Shown: positions 26,705-36,449, numbered from the stretch's first letter. The stretch is 44,652 nt of DNA from Clostridiales bacterium (GCA_036834305.1 DAITOC010000001.1:1-44652); one strand, 5' to 3'. Notes: generated by a model not told the origin, from the letters alone. Numbers and translations are program-made.

Positions 26705-26971
26705 ATGGTTTTCATGAGACGAAGAATCCCCTGCCATATTCGAGTCAAACCGAGAACGACGGTTCCCATCGACACGCCGTTTATACGCCTTGACGCGTTT
26801 TTGAAACTGTGCGGCGCCGCGGAAAGCGGCGGGCACGCCAAAACCGCCATTCAGCGCGGTGAGGTCAAAGTCAACGGAGAAGTCTGTCTTCAACGGGGGA
26901 AAAAACTGCGCGAGGGCGACGAAACGGAATTTCTGAACACGGTGTATGTGACGGGAAAACATGAGAATTGA
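26705..26971 (+). CDS. yaaA: S4-domain RNA-binding protein YaaA/RlbA-like
   Basis: [46 protein letters not shown] matches B. subtilis YaaA (ITLGQFLKLADVIQSGGMAKWFL...VLVNDE..NRRGRKLYVGD). It sits between dnaN and recF. The start is either 26705 or 26714. Confidence 0.7.
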   Translation: MVFMRRRIPCHIRVKPRTTVPIDTPFIRLDAFLKLCGAAESGGHAKTAIQRGEVKVNGEVCLQRGKKLREGDETEFLNTVYVTGKHEN

Positions 26972-28070
26972 ACGGTATCGCTCCGACAATTACAGGAATC
27001 TGAAGCCGATCGAATTTCAGCCCGCCGATTCGGTCAATGTCCTTTTCGGTGAAAACGCCCAGGGCAAGACGAATATCATCGAGAGCATTTGGCTTTTCAC
27101 CGGCTGCCAGAGTTTTCGCACGCGAAAATGCCGCGAACTTGTCGGCCCGGACGGCCAAACAGCGAAACTGGAACTTGATTTTTTCGCGGACGGCCGGGAA
27201 CAGACGGTCGTTATGACAATCGGGGATAAACGAGAGGTTTTACTCAACGGCATCAAACTCGAAACGCCGAGAAAACTGCTCGGCTCGTTTCCGGCCTTTG
27301 TGTTTTCGCCTTCCTCCTTATCCATCGTTCGTGACGGCCCGTCCGAGAAGCGGAAATTTCTCGATATCGCCATCAGCGTCATTAAGCCGGGCTACGCCGC
27401 TGCCCTGTCAAGGTACATCAAAACGATGGCGCATCGAAACGCCATGCTGCGCGCGCTTTGTGAAAGGGGAGGCGACGAGAGGGTTCTCGACGCCCTTGAC
27501 GAACAACTCAGCGCGCTTGGCGCCGGCATCATCGCGAACAGAATGGCCTGCGCCGGCCGGATTTTCGAAAAGGCCCGCGCGATATACGAAGGGATTTCAT
27601 CGGGGCGTGAAGTCCTCGATTGCAAATACATCCCGGGTTTTAAGACAGACGCCGCCGGCCGGCCCGAACTCACCGCCGAAATGCTGCGCAAACTCACGGA
27701 AAGCCGCGACACGGATATCCGGCGGCAAATGACGGGCGCCGGCCCGCACAAAGACGACATTCAAATCGATATCAACGGCCTTTGTGCGAGGGCTTACGGT
27801 TCGCAAGGGCAGCAGCGTTCCTGCGCGCTCGCTCTGAAACTTGCCGAGGCCGCCGTCATCGAGGAACTCTGCGGCGAAAAGCCCGTCGCCCTGCTCGACG
27901 ATGTAATGAGCGAACTTGACTGTTCCAGGCAAAGTTATCTTCTCGGGTTTTTCAGCGGATGGCAGGTTTTTATCACCTGCTGCGACCCGTCGGTTTTATC
28001 CCGCGTGGAAAGCGGAAAAACCTTTGAAATCAAAGCCGGCGATATCGTCGGCGAAACGAAAAGCCAATAG
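26961..28070 (+). CDS. recF: DNA replication and repair protein RecF
   Basis: [34 protein letters not shown] (Walker A), the SMC-like signature GSQGQQRS and Walker [11 protein letters not shown]. It overlaps yaaA by 11 nt. Confidence 0.9.
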   Translation: MRIERYRSDNYRNLKPIEFQPADSVNVLFGENAQGKTNIIESIWLFTGCQSFRTRKCRELVGPDGQTAKLELDFFADGREQTVVMTIGDKREVLLNGIKLETPRKLLGSFPAFVFSPSSLSIVRDGPSEKRKFLDIAISVIKPGYAAALSRYIKTMAHRNAMLRALCERGGDERVLDALDEQLSALGAGIIANRMACAGRIFEKARAIYEGISSGREVLDCKYIPGFKTDAAGRPELTAEMLRKLTESRDTDIRRQMTGAGPHKDDIQIDINGLCARAYGSQGQQRSCALALKLAEAAVIEELCGEKPVALLDDVMSELDCSRQSYLLGFFSGWQVFITCCDPSVLSRVESGKTFEIKAGDIVGETKSQ

Positions 28071-28094
28071 GCGCGGCAAACAGCCATGTTTCAC

Positions 28095-28136
28095 AAAAAA
28101 ACCTTCCGCCCGGTTAGGCGGAAGGCCATTGTTTTT
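28095..28136. terminator. Bidirectional intrinsic terminator between recF and spoVT
   Basis: 9-bp stem CCTTCCGCC (28102-28110) / GGCGGAAGG (28117-28125). AAAAAAA lies on the left and TTGTTTTT on the right. Confidence 0.65.
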
Positions 28137-28152
28137 CAAGTGCTTCTTTGGT

Positions 28153-28692
28153 TTACTCTTCCATCTGCTTGCCGAGGAACGACGCGGCCACCTGGGTCAG
28201 TTTCGTTTCCGTCTGGGTCGGCATGGAACCGTTTTCGTTGAGCAGCAGCACCACGACGCCCGAGACGTCCCCGCCGCCGATAATGGGATAAGCCACACCG
28301 GCCTCGCGTTCGAGGCCCTCGACCGGGCGCAGGCGCTCCCCGTCGACCGTAGCGACAAAACCGGTGCGTTTTTCCATGACGCTTTCAAGAGCGGGGCTGA
28401 CGCGGCGGTCAATCGCCTCTTTTTTGGAGATGCCCGCGCAGGAAATCACGCGGTCGCGGTCGGTGATGATAACGGGAAGGTTCGTGCCTCTGTACAATAC
28501 CTCGGCGTACTGCGTTGTGACCGATGACAACTCGCCGATGGGGGAATATTTTTTAAAGATGACCTCGCCGTCGGTATCGGTATAAATCTCAAGCGGGTCT
28601 CCCTCGCGTATGCGCATCGTCCGGCGGATTTCCTTCGGGATAACCACGCGGCCAAGGTCGTCGATTCGCCTGACTATTCCGGTCGCTTTCAT
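28153..28692 (-). CDS. spoVT: Stage V sporulation protein T (AbrB-family swapped-hairpin + GAF regulator)
   Basis: MKATGIVRRIDDLGRVVIPKEIRRTMRIREGDPLEIYTD..GEVIFKKYSPIGEL is essentially the SpoVT/AbrB N-terminus. The 179-aa length and the GAF-like remainder match SpoVT. Confidence 0.85.
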   Translation of the reverse strand: MKATGIVRRIDDLGRVVIPKEIRRTMRIREGDPLEIYTDTDGEVIFKKYSPIGELSSVTTQYAEVLYRGTNLPVIITDRDRVISCAGISKKEAIDRRVSPALESVMEKRTGFVATVDGERLRPVEGLEREAGVAYPIIGGGDVSGVVVLLLNENGSMPTQTETKLTQVAASFLGKQMEE

Positions 28693-28808
28693 ATAATAAA
28701 CTCCTCCGTTTTTATCTTAGTTTCGAGTTTATTATCTGTTAAGCACAGGGATTTATACTTAAAAAAGTTGGCAAAAAATGCAGAGAATGTTTTTCGCCGC
28801 GGCATGTT

Positions 28809-29669
28809 TTACAGCATATCGATTGTAATCCCCTTGAAAAAGTCTGCGCTCCAGATTTCAATCTCGGCGGGATTTTTGATAAACGGCAGAACATCCGCCT
28901 TGGCCTGCCCGTAATCAATGCTGTCGAAACGGCCGCAAAGCATTTTTTTAATGTCGGCCAAAGCCGGCTGCGCTCCTGCCGCGATGTTGCCGGTCTGCGC
29001 AAGGCGGGCGGTGAGATGCGGCAGATTCACCTGCGTGCGGTTCTTCCTGAAGAATACGAAATCGTAAAGGTCACGCCCTTTGACGCGGTTTTTCCATCCG
29101 CGGCAGATCACGGCGTGAATTTTTCCGGCAAAAAGCGAGGGCATATCATACAGCGTTATTTCATAAGGAATCGGCAGCAGCCGATACTTGCGCTCAAACC
29201 CGGCAAACTCCGGCGGATTGATATCAACCTCAAACTTAACCTTGACAACCTCGTTGCCGCCTATTGCTTTCGCCGTTTGCTCATCGGCATAGAAAATCAG
29301 CATGTGTTCGCGGGTGCTGCCTTTAAGAAATGCCGATTTCACATCCGAATCCGCGGTTTTCGCCTTTGGCTCCACGCGGAAGTTCAGCCCGTATGAACGG
29401 ACCTCTTTTTCAAGAGTTGGCAGATACGCGCCAAAATCAAAATCAGGGTCGGGTGCTGCCAGTGAAAAATCAAGGTCCTCCGAAAAGCGCTCAATTCCGT
29501 AAAAAATACGCAGCGCCGTACCGCCGTAAAACGCGGCGCTTTTAAAAAATCCGGCTCGGCTAAGCCCGCAAAGAACGATTTCCTGCATGATTTCCTTAAT
29601 GCTGTTCTTTTTGTCGGCGAGCGTCACCGTCTCATGCTGAGTGAGCATCTGTTCTATGATTTTATCCAC
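28809..29669 (-). CDS. abiEii: AbiEii/AbiGii-family nucleotidyltransferase toxin (type IV TA)
   Basis: ORF 28809..29732. The likely start is GTG 29669 (VDKIIEQMLTQHE) behind AGGAGGG. It overlaps the antitoxin stop as GTGGATAA. FYGGTALRIFYGIERFSEDLDFSL is the family nucleotidyltransferase motif. Confidence 0.8.
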   Translation of the reverse strand: MDKIIEQMLTQHETVTLADKKNSIKEIMQEIVLCGLSRAGFFKSAAFYGGTALRIFYGIERFSEDLDFSLAAPDPDFDFGAYLPTLEKEVRSYGLNFRVEPKAKTADSDVKSAFLKGSTREHMLIFYADEQTAKAIGGNEVVKVKFEVDINPPEFAGFERKYRLLPIPYEITLYDMPSLFAGKIHAVICRGWKNRVKGRDLYDFVFFRKNRTQVNLPHLTARLAQTGNIAAGAQPALADIKKMLCGRFDSIDYGQAKADVLPFIKNPAEIEIWSADFFKGITIDML

Positions 29670-30252
29670 CGATTTCCCTCCTGACACAGGCCTGCAGCAG
29701 CTTGTGATTCGATGTGTGATACCGCCCGGCAAGCTCGGATAAATCCGACATATTCAGCTTATGAAATTCGTCCTCGTCTATACGCAGGTCGTCAAACAAA
29801 AGTCCGCGAAGCTCGGATTTGTTGCTGCAGGGCGAAGCAACACAGAGGATGTCGCACAGCGCCTTTTCCGGTGTTGCGAGGGCGACGCTGTAACCGTTCT
29901 CCATACGCAAAACAACGCCGTAAGGGTATGCCCCGCTCGGCACGTCACGAAAGGTGAAGGTACCGAAAGCCGTGTCATATTGCTTCGACTTTTTCTTTTC
30001 AAAGGTTGCGCAGGTGAAGGCGTAAACCGCTTCCGGTATCAGCGAATGATGCGCAAGCGCAAATTCAAACGACAGATAGGACGGGCCGTAAATCGACGAG
30101 GCAAGGCAATGTCCGGGCGTGTTTTTATCGGTTTCATACAGACCGCGGACAACGGGAAACAACTCGCCCTTGTCGACAAGACGCCTGATTTTCGCGGCGG
30201 GATTGGCAAACGCTTTTAATTCGTCCATTAAAATTGCAGTCGTTTTTATCAT
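29662..30252 (-). CDS. abiEi: AbiEi-family antitoxin-like protein (winged-helix N-terminal domain)
   Basis: ORF 29662..30300, with the start at ATG 30252 (MIKTTAILMDEL) behind GAAGGTGA. ...IRRLVDKGELFPVVRGLYE...GPSYLSFEFALAHHSLIPE resembles AbiEi_4-type antitoxins. It is paired with and overlaps the toxin gene. Confidence 0.7.
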   Translation of the reverse strand: MIKTTAILMDELKAFANPAAKIRRLVDKGELFPVVRGLYETDKNTPGHCLASSIYGPSYLSFEFALAHHSLIPEAVYAFTCATFEKKKSKQYDTAFGTFTFRDVPSGAYPYGVVLRMENGYSVALATPEKALCDILCVASPCSNKSELRGLLFDDLRIDEDEFHKLNMSDLSELAGRYHTSNHKLLQACVRREIGG

Positions 30253-30387
30253 ATTTTCACCTTCATATGCAATTATACTGCATTTATCGGTGAATATCAA
30301 GCAATATGTGTCGAATCCTGTTTAAGCATACCGCGCAAAAAAAACCGGTTCCGCAGAAGAGCCGGCTTTTTGTTTTATTGAAGGCGG

Positions 30388-31863
30388 TCAGGTCTTTTGG
30401 TGAGCCCCAGCCACCGGCGACTCGTCGGGCAAAGCGTTCAGCGCGGCGCGCCGGGCGGCCAACTCCGATTCCACCCTTTCTTTCGTCTCTTTCGTGTAGC
30501 GGATTGTCAGCACGGGCAGCAGAAACAGGACTTCGCCGACGACGGGGCCGAGAATATAAATCGGCCACTGGTATTTATAAAACCGCGCCGGCTGGCCGAG
30601 CAGGCCGAAGGCTTCCTTGTAGCCGAGGCGGTCGAGCATCAGCCCGTTGATGAACAAAGTGATTCCGCTCGACATCTTGCTTAAAAAATTCTGCATGGAA
30701 AATGAGATGCCTTCCGTCCGCTTGCCGGTTTTCCACTCCACATAATCGATGGAGTCGCACCACAGCGAGGTCTTCGCGATGCTCGTCGCGCCGTCGGGAA
30801 AACTCGCCGCGGCGAGAAGAAGCGCGACCGCGCCGATTTGGCCGGGCGTGTTGAACCCGACGAAATAGGCGCACACCCGCGCGGCGGCGTTAGCGCTTTT
30901 GGCGAGCAGAAAGATATTTTTTGCGCCGCCGAGTTTGTTGGCAAGTTTCTTCGCGGCAAACAACGCGACGGCGGAGGGAAAGCCCGACGCGATTTGAAAG
31001 AAAAACATCAGCGTTTCGCCGTTGAGTTCCTTGCCGAAAAACTCCACCGTGCCGACGCCGTATTTGAAGAAATAAATCGCGGGAATGACCGGGCTCAAAG
31101 CCCCGAGGATTTGGGCGACGGCCATGGTCAGCAGAATCCGGTTGTGCCGGAGCATCAGGATACCTTCCCACAGCGATTCTTTTTCCTCCGGTTCCTTTTG
31201 CACCCGTTCCTTTGTTCCGGCCGCCGTCAGTGTCAGCAGTTCGCCGCCCAGGCCGCACACGATGCCGCAAATCATAAACAGCTGCCCTTCGGTCAGCCCC
31301 ATCTGTTCCTTCGCCCCGAGAATCAGCGGAAAAAGCCCCACGAGCAGCGAGCCGGTGCTCGCGCCGATTCTGGCCGTCTGCGCCATGCGCAAATGCTCGC
31401 TCGAGTGCGGGGACGCGATGGCGACGATGCCCCAGATACCGACATCCTGGAACGAATACAGCGTGTCCCATATCAGGTAAATAATGATAAAATAAACGAT
31501 CGCGGCGGTTTCGCCCCACCCGAAATTCATGAACAGCAGCGCGGAAAAAATGCCGAGGGGAACCGGAATATAACGAAGATAAGGGCGAAGCTTTTCACCG
31601 GGCTTGCTTTTCCGCTTATCCGCGTAACCGCCGACGATCGGGTCATTCACGGCATCCCAAACGCGGAAGATGCCCGTGATAATGCCGACCTTTTTTGAGC
31701 CGATTTTGAGGATGTTGGTGCAGAAATAAAACATCCAGCCGCCGATGAACGCATAGGTCAGGTTCTGGCCGGCCAGCGCGACCGCGTGCCCCGTCAGCTC
31801 ACGGTTGGGGATGTTGCCCTCCTCCGCCTCGCGGGAAAAAAAGCGCTTCAAAGCGTTTTTCAA
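30388..31863 (-). CDS. GPH-family glycoside/pentoside/hexuronide:cation symporter (MFS)
   Basis: About 12 TM. The N-terminal region has the GPH-type motifs WDAVNDPIVGGYADKRKSKPGEKLRPYL. A TTG start is predicted behind AAGGA. Confidence 0.8.
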   Translation of the reverse strand: MKNALKRFFSREAEEGNIPNRELTGHAVALAGQNLTYAFIGGWMFYFCTNILKIGSKKVGIITGIFRVWDAVNDPIVGGYADKRKSKPGEKLRPYLRYIPVPLGIFSALLFMNFGWGETAAIVYFIIIYLIWDTLYSFQDVGIWGIVAIASPHSSEHLRMAQTARIGASTGSLLVGLFPLILGAKEQMGLTEGQLFMICGIVCGLGGELLTLTAAGTKERVQKEPEEKESLWEGILMLRHNRILLTMAVAQILGALSPVIPAIYFFKYGVGTVEFFGKELNGETLMFFFQIASGFPSAVALFAAKKLANKLGGAKNIFLLAKSANAAARVCAYFVGFNTPGQIGAVALLLAAASFPDGATSIAKTSLWCDSIDYVEWKTGKRTEGISFSMQNFLSKMSSGITLFINGLMLDRLGYKEAFGLLGQPARFYKYQWPIYILGPVVGEVLFLLPVLTIRYTKETKERVESELAARRAALNALPDESPVAGAHQKT

Positions 31864-31893
31864 AGTTATAATCCTTTCGCTTTATGCAAGCCG

Positions 31894-32748
31894 TCAGACA
31901 GCCTCGCAGGGTTTTTGATAAATCTTGACATAATCCACGAGGAAGTCGGTCGAAAAGCCGGGCTGCTCGGAAAACTCCTTGGGAAGCTCGAGCGAGAGAA
32001 TCGCGTACTCGAGGCCTTTCGAGACGCCGTCCTTAAAAGTCGATCTCACCGCTTCGACACCGTTGATGTAGAATATGTATTCGTTTTCGGTCCACTCCAG
32101 GCCGTAGGTGTTGAACTGCGTGTAGGGATTGGGCACCTTGTAGCTGCCGAGGTTCTCACTGCGCAGGCCGTCGCCGTAACCGCCGACATGCACGTTGAGC
32201 GAGACGGAGTTGTAATTCATTTTGTTTTTGTAATTGAAGGCCTCGAAGATATCGATTTCCGCGCCGCCGATGCCGCCGTTGGAGGCTTCGGCGCCGGCCA
32301 TGCCCGGGGAATTGAGCCAGAAGGCGCTCCAGAAACCGCCGCCTTCCGAAGCGATGCAGCGGCACTCAAAGTAGCCGCCGTTCGAGTAGTCCTCGACGGT
32401 GCGTATCATGCCCGAGTACCAGCCGGCGCCGTATTCGCCGCCTTCGCGGTATTCGGCGGTTATCACCAGATTGCCGTCTTTGACGGAAACCTGGTTCGGT
32501 GACATGAAGCCTCCGCTTCGCGCGCCGCTGGCGCGGTATTCCCATTTGCTCATGTCAAGCGAATTGCCGTCGAATTCATCCTCAAAGACAAGGTCATAGC
32601 CGGACAGGTTCAGTTTTTGCCCCCTCGGCGTTTGCGCGAAATCGAAAAGGGCGACGCCCAACAGTTCGAGGGCGGCCAGAAGCGCGGCGAACATCGCCTT
32701 GAGCGCTTTGATTTGCCTGGGCGCGAAAATTTCCTGCAGCAATGTCAT
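31894..32748 (-). CDS. Membrane-anchored GH16 beta-glucanase (laminarinase/lichenase-like)
   Basis: N-terminal TM anchor, DEFDGNSLDMSKWEY, GGFWSAFWL and the catalytic E-x-D-x-x-E box GAEIDIFE. Confidence 0.8.
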   Translation of the reverse strand: MTLLQEIFAPRQIKALKAMFAALLAALELLGVALFDFAQTPRGQKLNLSGYDLVFEDEFDGNSLDMSKWEYRASGARSGGFMSPNQVSVKDGNLVITAEYREGGEYGAGWYSGMIRTVEDYSNGGYFECRCIASEGGGFWSAFWLNSPGMAGAEASNGGIGGAEIDIFEAFNYKNKMNYNSVSLNVHVGGYGDGLRSENLGSYKVPNPYTQFNTYGLEWTENEYIFYINGVEAVRSTFKDGVSKGLEYAILSLELPKEFSEQPGFSTDFLVDYVKIYQKPCEAV

Positions 32749-32777
32749 AGCAAACTCCCCTTTGTTTAGTATTAAGC

Positions 32778-32798
32778 CCGCGGGTTTTTCGCCCGCGG
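32778..32798 (-). terminator. Weak hairpin after gpmI
   Basis: CCGCGGG (32778-32784) / CCCGCGG (32792-32798) with a 7-nt loop. The U-tract on the minus strand is poor. Confidence 0.35.
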
Positions 32799-32803
32799 AA
32801 TTA

Positions 32804-34315
32804 TTACCGAATCAGGCTGACACCGCTCATGTCCGCCGGTTTGGCGAGCCCCATAATTTGAAGAATCGTCGGGGCGATGTCGCACAGTTTGCCGCCCTCG
32901 CGAAGCGCGCAGGGATACCCGTCGATGAGAAACGGAACGGGGAAAGTGGTATGGGCGGTGAACGGCGAGCCGTCCGGCTCGACCATCTTGTCGGCGTTGC
33001 CGTGGTCGGCGGTGATAAGCGTGACCCCGCCCTGCTTTCTGACGGCTTCGGTGACTTTGCCGACGCATTCGTCGACGGCCTCGACGGCTTTGACAGCCGC
33101 GTCAAAAACGCCGGTGTGCCCGACCATGTCACAGTTGGCGAAATTCAGCACGATCGCGTCGTAAAGGCCCGCTTCGATTTTGCCCACAACGGTATCGGTG
33201 ACTTCGTAAGCGCTCATTTCGGGCTTTAAATCGTAGGTCGGCACATCGGGCGAGTCGATCATGATCCTGTCTTCGCCTTCGTAGACTTTTTCGACGCCGC
33301 CGTTGAGGAAAAAGGTGACATGGGCGTATTTCGTGTATTCGGCGATTCGCAACTGCCGCAGGCCTGCTTCGCTGAAAACCGCCCCGAGCGGCCTCTCGAC
33401 ATTCTGCGGTTTGTAGGCGACTTCGACATTCGGCATCGCCGCGTCGTACTGCGTCATGCACACATAATACAACGGCAGCCTTTCCCCCCGCGCGAACCCG
33501 TCGAAAGCGTCGTCAACAAAAGCCCTTGTGATTTCCCTGGCCCTGTCGGGGCGGAAATTGAAGAAGATGAACGAATCGTTCGCGCGCACGGGCTCGGCGT
33601 CTTCGGCCGCGCAGGGTACGATGAACTCATCGGTAACATCTCGCGCGTAAGAAGCCTCCGCCATATCCACGGCGTTTTGAAAGCGGGGGGCATCGAGGGC
33701 GGTCATGGCGCGGTAGGCTTTTTCCACGCGCTCGAAGCGTTTTTCCCTGTCCATCGCGTAGTAGCGCCCCGCGACGGTCGCAATTTTGCCGACGCCGATT
33801 TCCCCGAGTTTTTCCGTTAACTGCGCGAGATAATCCTTGCCGGAGGTCGGCGGGACATCGCGGCCGTCCATGAGGCAGTGGACGAACACCTTGTCAAGCC
33901 CTTTGGCTTTGGCGAGCTCAAGCAGGGCGTACAGGTGCGTGTTGTGGCTGTGGACGCCGCCGTCGGAGAGGAGGCCGCACAGGTGCAGGGCGGAGCCGTG
34001 TTTTTTGCAGTTTTCGACAGCACCGAGGAAGGCCGGGTTTTGAAAAAAATCGCCGTCCTTGATCGATTTTGATATCCTTGTCAGTTCCTGGTAGACGACT
34101 CTTCCCGCGCCGATGTTCGTGTGGCCGACCTCGCTGTTGCCCATCTGCCCGTCGGGCAGGCCGACATCCATGCCCGACGCGCCGATTTGCGTCATCGGGC
34201 AGTTGTTCATCAGGCGGTCAAGGTTCGGTGTTTTCGCGGCGACAATCGCGTTGCCTTTGGTTTCGGGGTTCATGCCGAACCCGTCCATAATCAATAACAA
34301 AATCGGTTTTTTCAT
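32804..34315 (-). CDS. gpmI: 2,3-bisphosphoglycerate-independent phosphoglycerate mutase
   Basis: 503 aa. ILLLIMDGFG, MGNSEVGHTNIGAGR, SDGGVHSH, NCDMVGHTG and ITADHGNA. The match runs the full length. Confidence 0.95.
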   Translation of the reverse strand: MKKPILLLIMDGFGMNPETKGNAIVAAKTPNLDRLMNNCPMTQIGASGMDVGLPDGQMGNSEVGHTNIGAGRVVYQELTRISKSIKDGDFFQNPAFLGAVENCKKHGSALHLCGLLSDGGVHSHNTHLYALLELAKAKGLDKVFVHCLMDGRDVPPTSGKDYLAQLTEKLGEIGVGKIATVAGRYYAMDREKRFERVEKAYRAMTALDAPRFQNAVDMAEASYARDVTDEFIVPCAAEDAEPVRANDSFIFFNFRPDRAREITRAFVDDAFDGFARGERLPLYYVCMTQYDAAMPNVEVAYKPQNVERPLGAVFSEAGLRQLRIAEYTKYAHVTFFLNGGVEKVYEGEDRIMIDSPDVPTYDLKPEMSAYEVTDTVVGKIEAGLYDAIVLNFANCDMVGHTGVFDAAVKAVEAVDECVGKVTEAVRKQGGVTLITADHGNADKMVEPDGSPFTAHTTFPVPFLIDGYPCALREGGKLCDIAPTILQIMGLAKPADMSGVSLIR

Positions 34316-34327
34316 AACGATCTCCGT

Positions 34328-35095
34328 TTACTGTTTTGTGGCGGTGACAATCGCCGCGAATTTTTCGGCGGCAAGGGAAGCGCCGCCTATGAGGCCGCCG
34401 TCGATATCCGGCATGGCCAGCAGTTCCCCGGCGTTTTTCTCGTTCATGGAGCCGCCGTATTGAATGACGGTTTTGTCCGCGGCCGCTTTACCGTAAAGTT
34501 CGGCGATCAACTGCCTGATGAGCAAATTGACCTCGTTGGCCTGTTCGGGCGTTGCGGTCAGGCCCGTGCCGATGGCCCATACCGGTTCGTAAGCGATGAC
34601 GATGTTTTCGAGTTCTTTTTCGGTGACCCCCTCGAGGGCCAGTTTCGTCTGCATGCGGACGACTTCCGCGGTGATATTCCGCAGCCGCTGCTCCTTCAAT
34701 TCGCCGACGCAGAGGATGACCTTCAGGCCGGCGTCGAGCGCCGCGCGGGTTCTGTCGCGGACGGTCAGGTCCGTTTCCCCGAAATACTGGCGGCGTTCGC
34801 TGTGGCCGATAATCACATAGGGAACGCCGAGTTCCTTGAGCATAGCCGCAGGAATTTCACCGGTGAACGCGCCGCTTGCCGCCCAATGGCAGTTCTGGGC
34901 GCCGATTTGAATATTGGTGCCCTCGGCAGCCTTCAGCGCGGCGTGAAGGTCGATGTAAGGCACGCAGGCGACCACTTCACACGAGGCGTCTTTGACGAGG
35001 GGTTTGAGCTGTTCGATGAGAGCGGCGGCTTGAGCGGGGTTATTGTTCATTTTCCAGTTGCCGGCGATAACCGGTTTGCGCAGACTTTTATTCAT
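34328..35095 (-). CDS. tpiA: Triosephosphate isomerase
   Basis: AGNWKMN, IIGHSERR, AYEPVWAIGTG and YGGS motifs. A GAGGAAAGGA RBS is present. Confidence 0.95.
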   Translation of the reverse strand: MNKSLRKPVIAGNWKMNNNPAQAAALIEQLKPLVKDASCEVVACVPYIDLHAALKAAEGTNIQIGAQNCHWAASGAFTGEIPAAMLKELGVPYVIIGHSERRQYFGETDLTVRDRTRAALDAGLKVILCVGELKEQRLRNITAEVVRMQTKLALEGVTEKELENIVIAYEPVWAIGTGLTATPEQANEVNLLIRQLIAELYGKAAADKTVIQYGGSMNEKNAGELLAMPDIDGGLIGGASLAAEKFAAIVTATKQ

Positions 35096-35176
35096 GGTTT
35101 CGATCCTTTCCTCTTACAGGCAAACGGGCGGCATAAAATGCCGCCCCCTGGCTTTTTTTCCCGGTTGACGGATTAT

Positions 35177-36373
35177 TTATTCTTTTTCGTTTAGCGCGGC
35201 GATACCCGGCAGCTCGATACCCTCAAGAAACTCGAGCGAAGCGCCGCCGCCCGTCGAGATATGGGACATTTTCTGCGCGAAGCCGAGTTTTTCGACCGCC
35301 GCCGCGGAGTCCCCGCCGCCGATAATCGAAATGGCGCCCGATTCGGCAACCGCGGTCGCGATGGCCAGCGTGCCCTTCGCGAAGTTGTCAAACTCGGCGA
35401 CGCCCATGGGCCCGTTCCAAATTACGGTGCCGCTGCCTTTGACGGCGTCGGCGAACAGCGCCCTGGTTTTTTCGCCGATGTCCATCCCCATCCAACCTTC
35501 GGGAATTTCATTGGCGTTGACGGTTTTGTATTCGGCTTCCGCGCTGAACTCTTTGGTGATGACGTTGTCGACCGGAAGAAGGAACCGGATGCCCTTGGCC
35601 TGCGCCTTTTCCATCATTTCGGCCGCCAGTCCGATTTTATCCTCTTCGAGGAGGGAGGTGCCGACACCCCAGCCCTTCGCGGCGTAAAAGGTATAAGCCA
35701 TGCCGCCGCCGACAATCAGCGTGTCGACTTTTTCAATCAGGTTGTTGATGACGCCGATTTTGTCGGACACCTTGGCTCCGCCCAAAATCGCGACGAGCGG
35801 GCGCTTCGGGTTTTCGAGAGCGCCGCCCATGAACTGAATTTCTTTTTGAATCAGGTAACCGCAAACCGCCGGGAGATAATCGGCGACGCCCACGGTCGAG
35901 CAATGGGCCCTGTGGGCCGAGCCGAACGCGTCGTTGACGAAAATTTCGGCGAGGGAAGCCATCTCTTTGGCAAGGGCGGGGTCGTTTTTCGTTTCGCGCT
36001 TGTCAAAACGAACATTTTCCAGCAGCATCACTTCGCCGTCTTTCAGGGACGCGGCGAGCGATTTGGCACTTTCGCCGATGACGTCGGCGGCCATTTTAAC
36101 TTCTTTGCCGAGAAGTTCGGCCAGGCGGGCCGCGACGGGAGCCAATGAAAATTCGGCCTCATAGCCGGTCCCCGCGGGGCGGCCGAGGTGGGAGCAGAGA
36201 ATGACTCTCGCGTTGTTTTTGAGCAGATCCTCAATGGTGGGCAGGGAGGCGACGATTCGTTTATCGCTTTTGATTTTACCTTCCTTAATGGGGACATTGA
36301 AATCGCAGCGGACAAGCACACGCTTGCCGGCTGCGTTTATATCCTCGATGGTCTTTTTGTTCAGCACGTTCAT
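35177..36373 (-). CDS. pgk: Phosphoglycerate kinase
   Basis: ORF 35177..36382, with the start at ATG 36373 (spacing from the GAAAGG RBS fits better). Motifs are [35 protein letters not shown] and STGGGASLE. Confidence 0.95.
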   Translation of the reverse strand: MNVLNKKTIEDINAAGKRVLVRCDFNVPIKEGKIKSDKRIVASLPTIEDLLKNNARVILCSHLGRPAGTGYEAEFSLAPVAARLAELLGKEVKMAADVIGESAKSLAASLKDGEVMLLENVRFDKRETKNDPALAKEMASLAEIFVNDAFGSAHRAHCSTVGVADYLPAVCGYLIQKEIQFMGGALENPKRPLVAILGGAKVSDKIGVINNLIEKVDTLIVGGGMAYTFYAAKGWGVGTSLLEEDKIGLAAEMMEKAQAKGIRFLLPVDNVITKEFSAEAEYKTVNANEIPEGWMGMDIGEKTRALFADAVKGSGTVIWNGPMGVAEFDNFAKGTLAIATAVAESGAISIIGGGDSAAAVEKLGFAQKMSHISTGGGASLEFLEGIELPGIAALNEKE

Positions 36374-36420
36374 ACAAGACATCCTTTCGTTTTCTGCTTG
36401 ATAAATTAAACTGCCAAAAC

Positions 36421-36449
36421 ATTGTATAACACGAGTCGGAATATTGCAA
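36421..36449 (-). promoter_or_regulatory. Putative sigma-A promoter of pgk-tpiA-gpmI
   Basis: On the minus strand: TTGCAA (36444-36449), a 17-nt spacer, then TACAAT (complement of 36421-36426). Confidence 0.45.

Noticed and set aside
35161-35171. The CCGGTTGACGG 11-mer, preceded by a T-run, occurs at 35161-35171 and 42367-42377, with a related GGGTTGACGG at about 42407.
   Set aside because: Exact 11-mer pairs are expected hundreds of times by chance in a window this size. The 35.1-kb copy lies inside the pgk-tpiA operon on the opposite strand with no matching -10, so a shared regulatory role is not supported.
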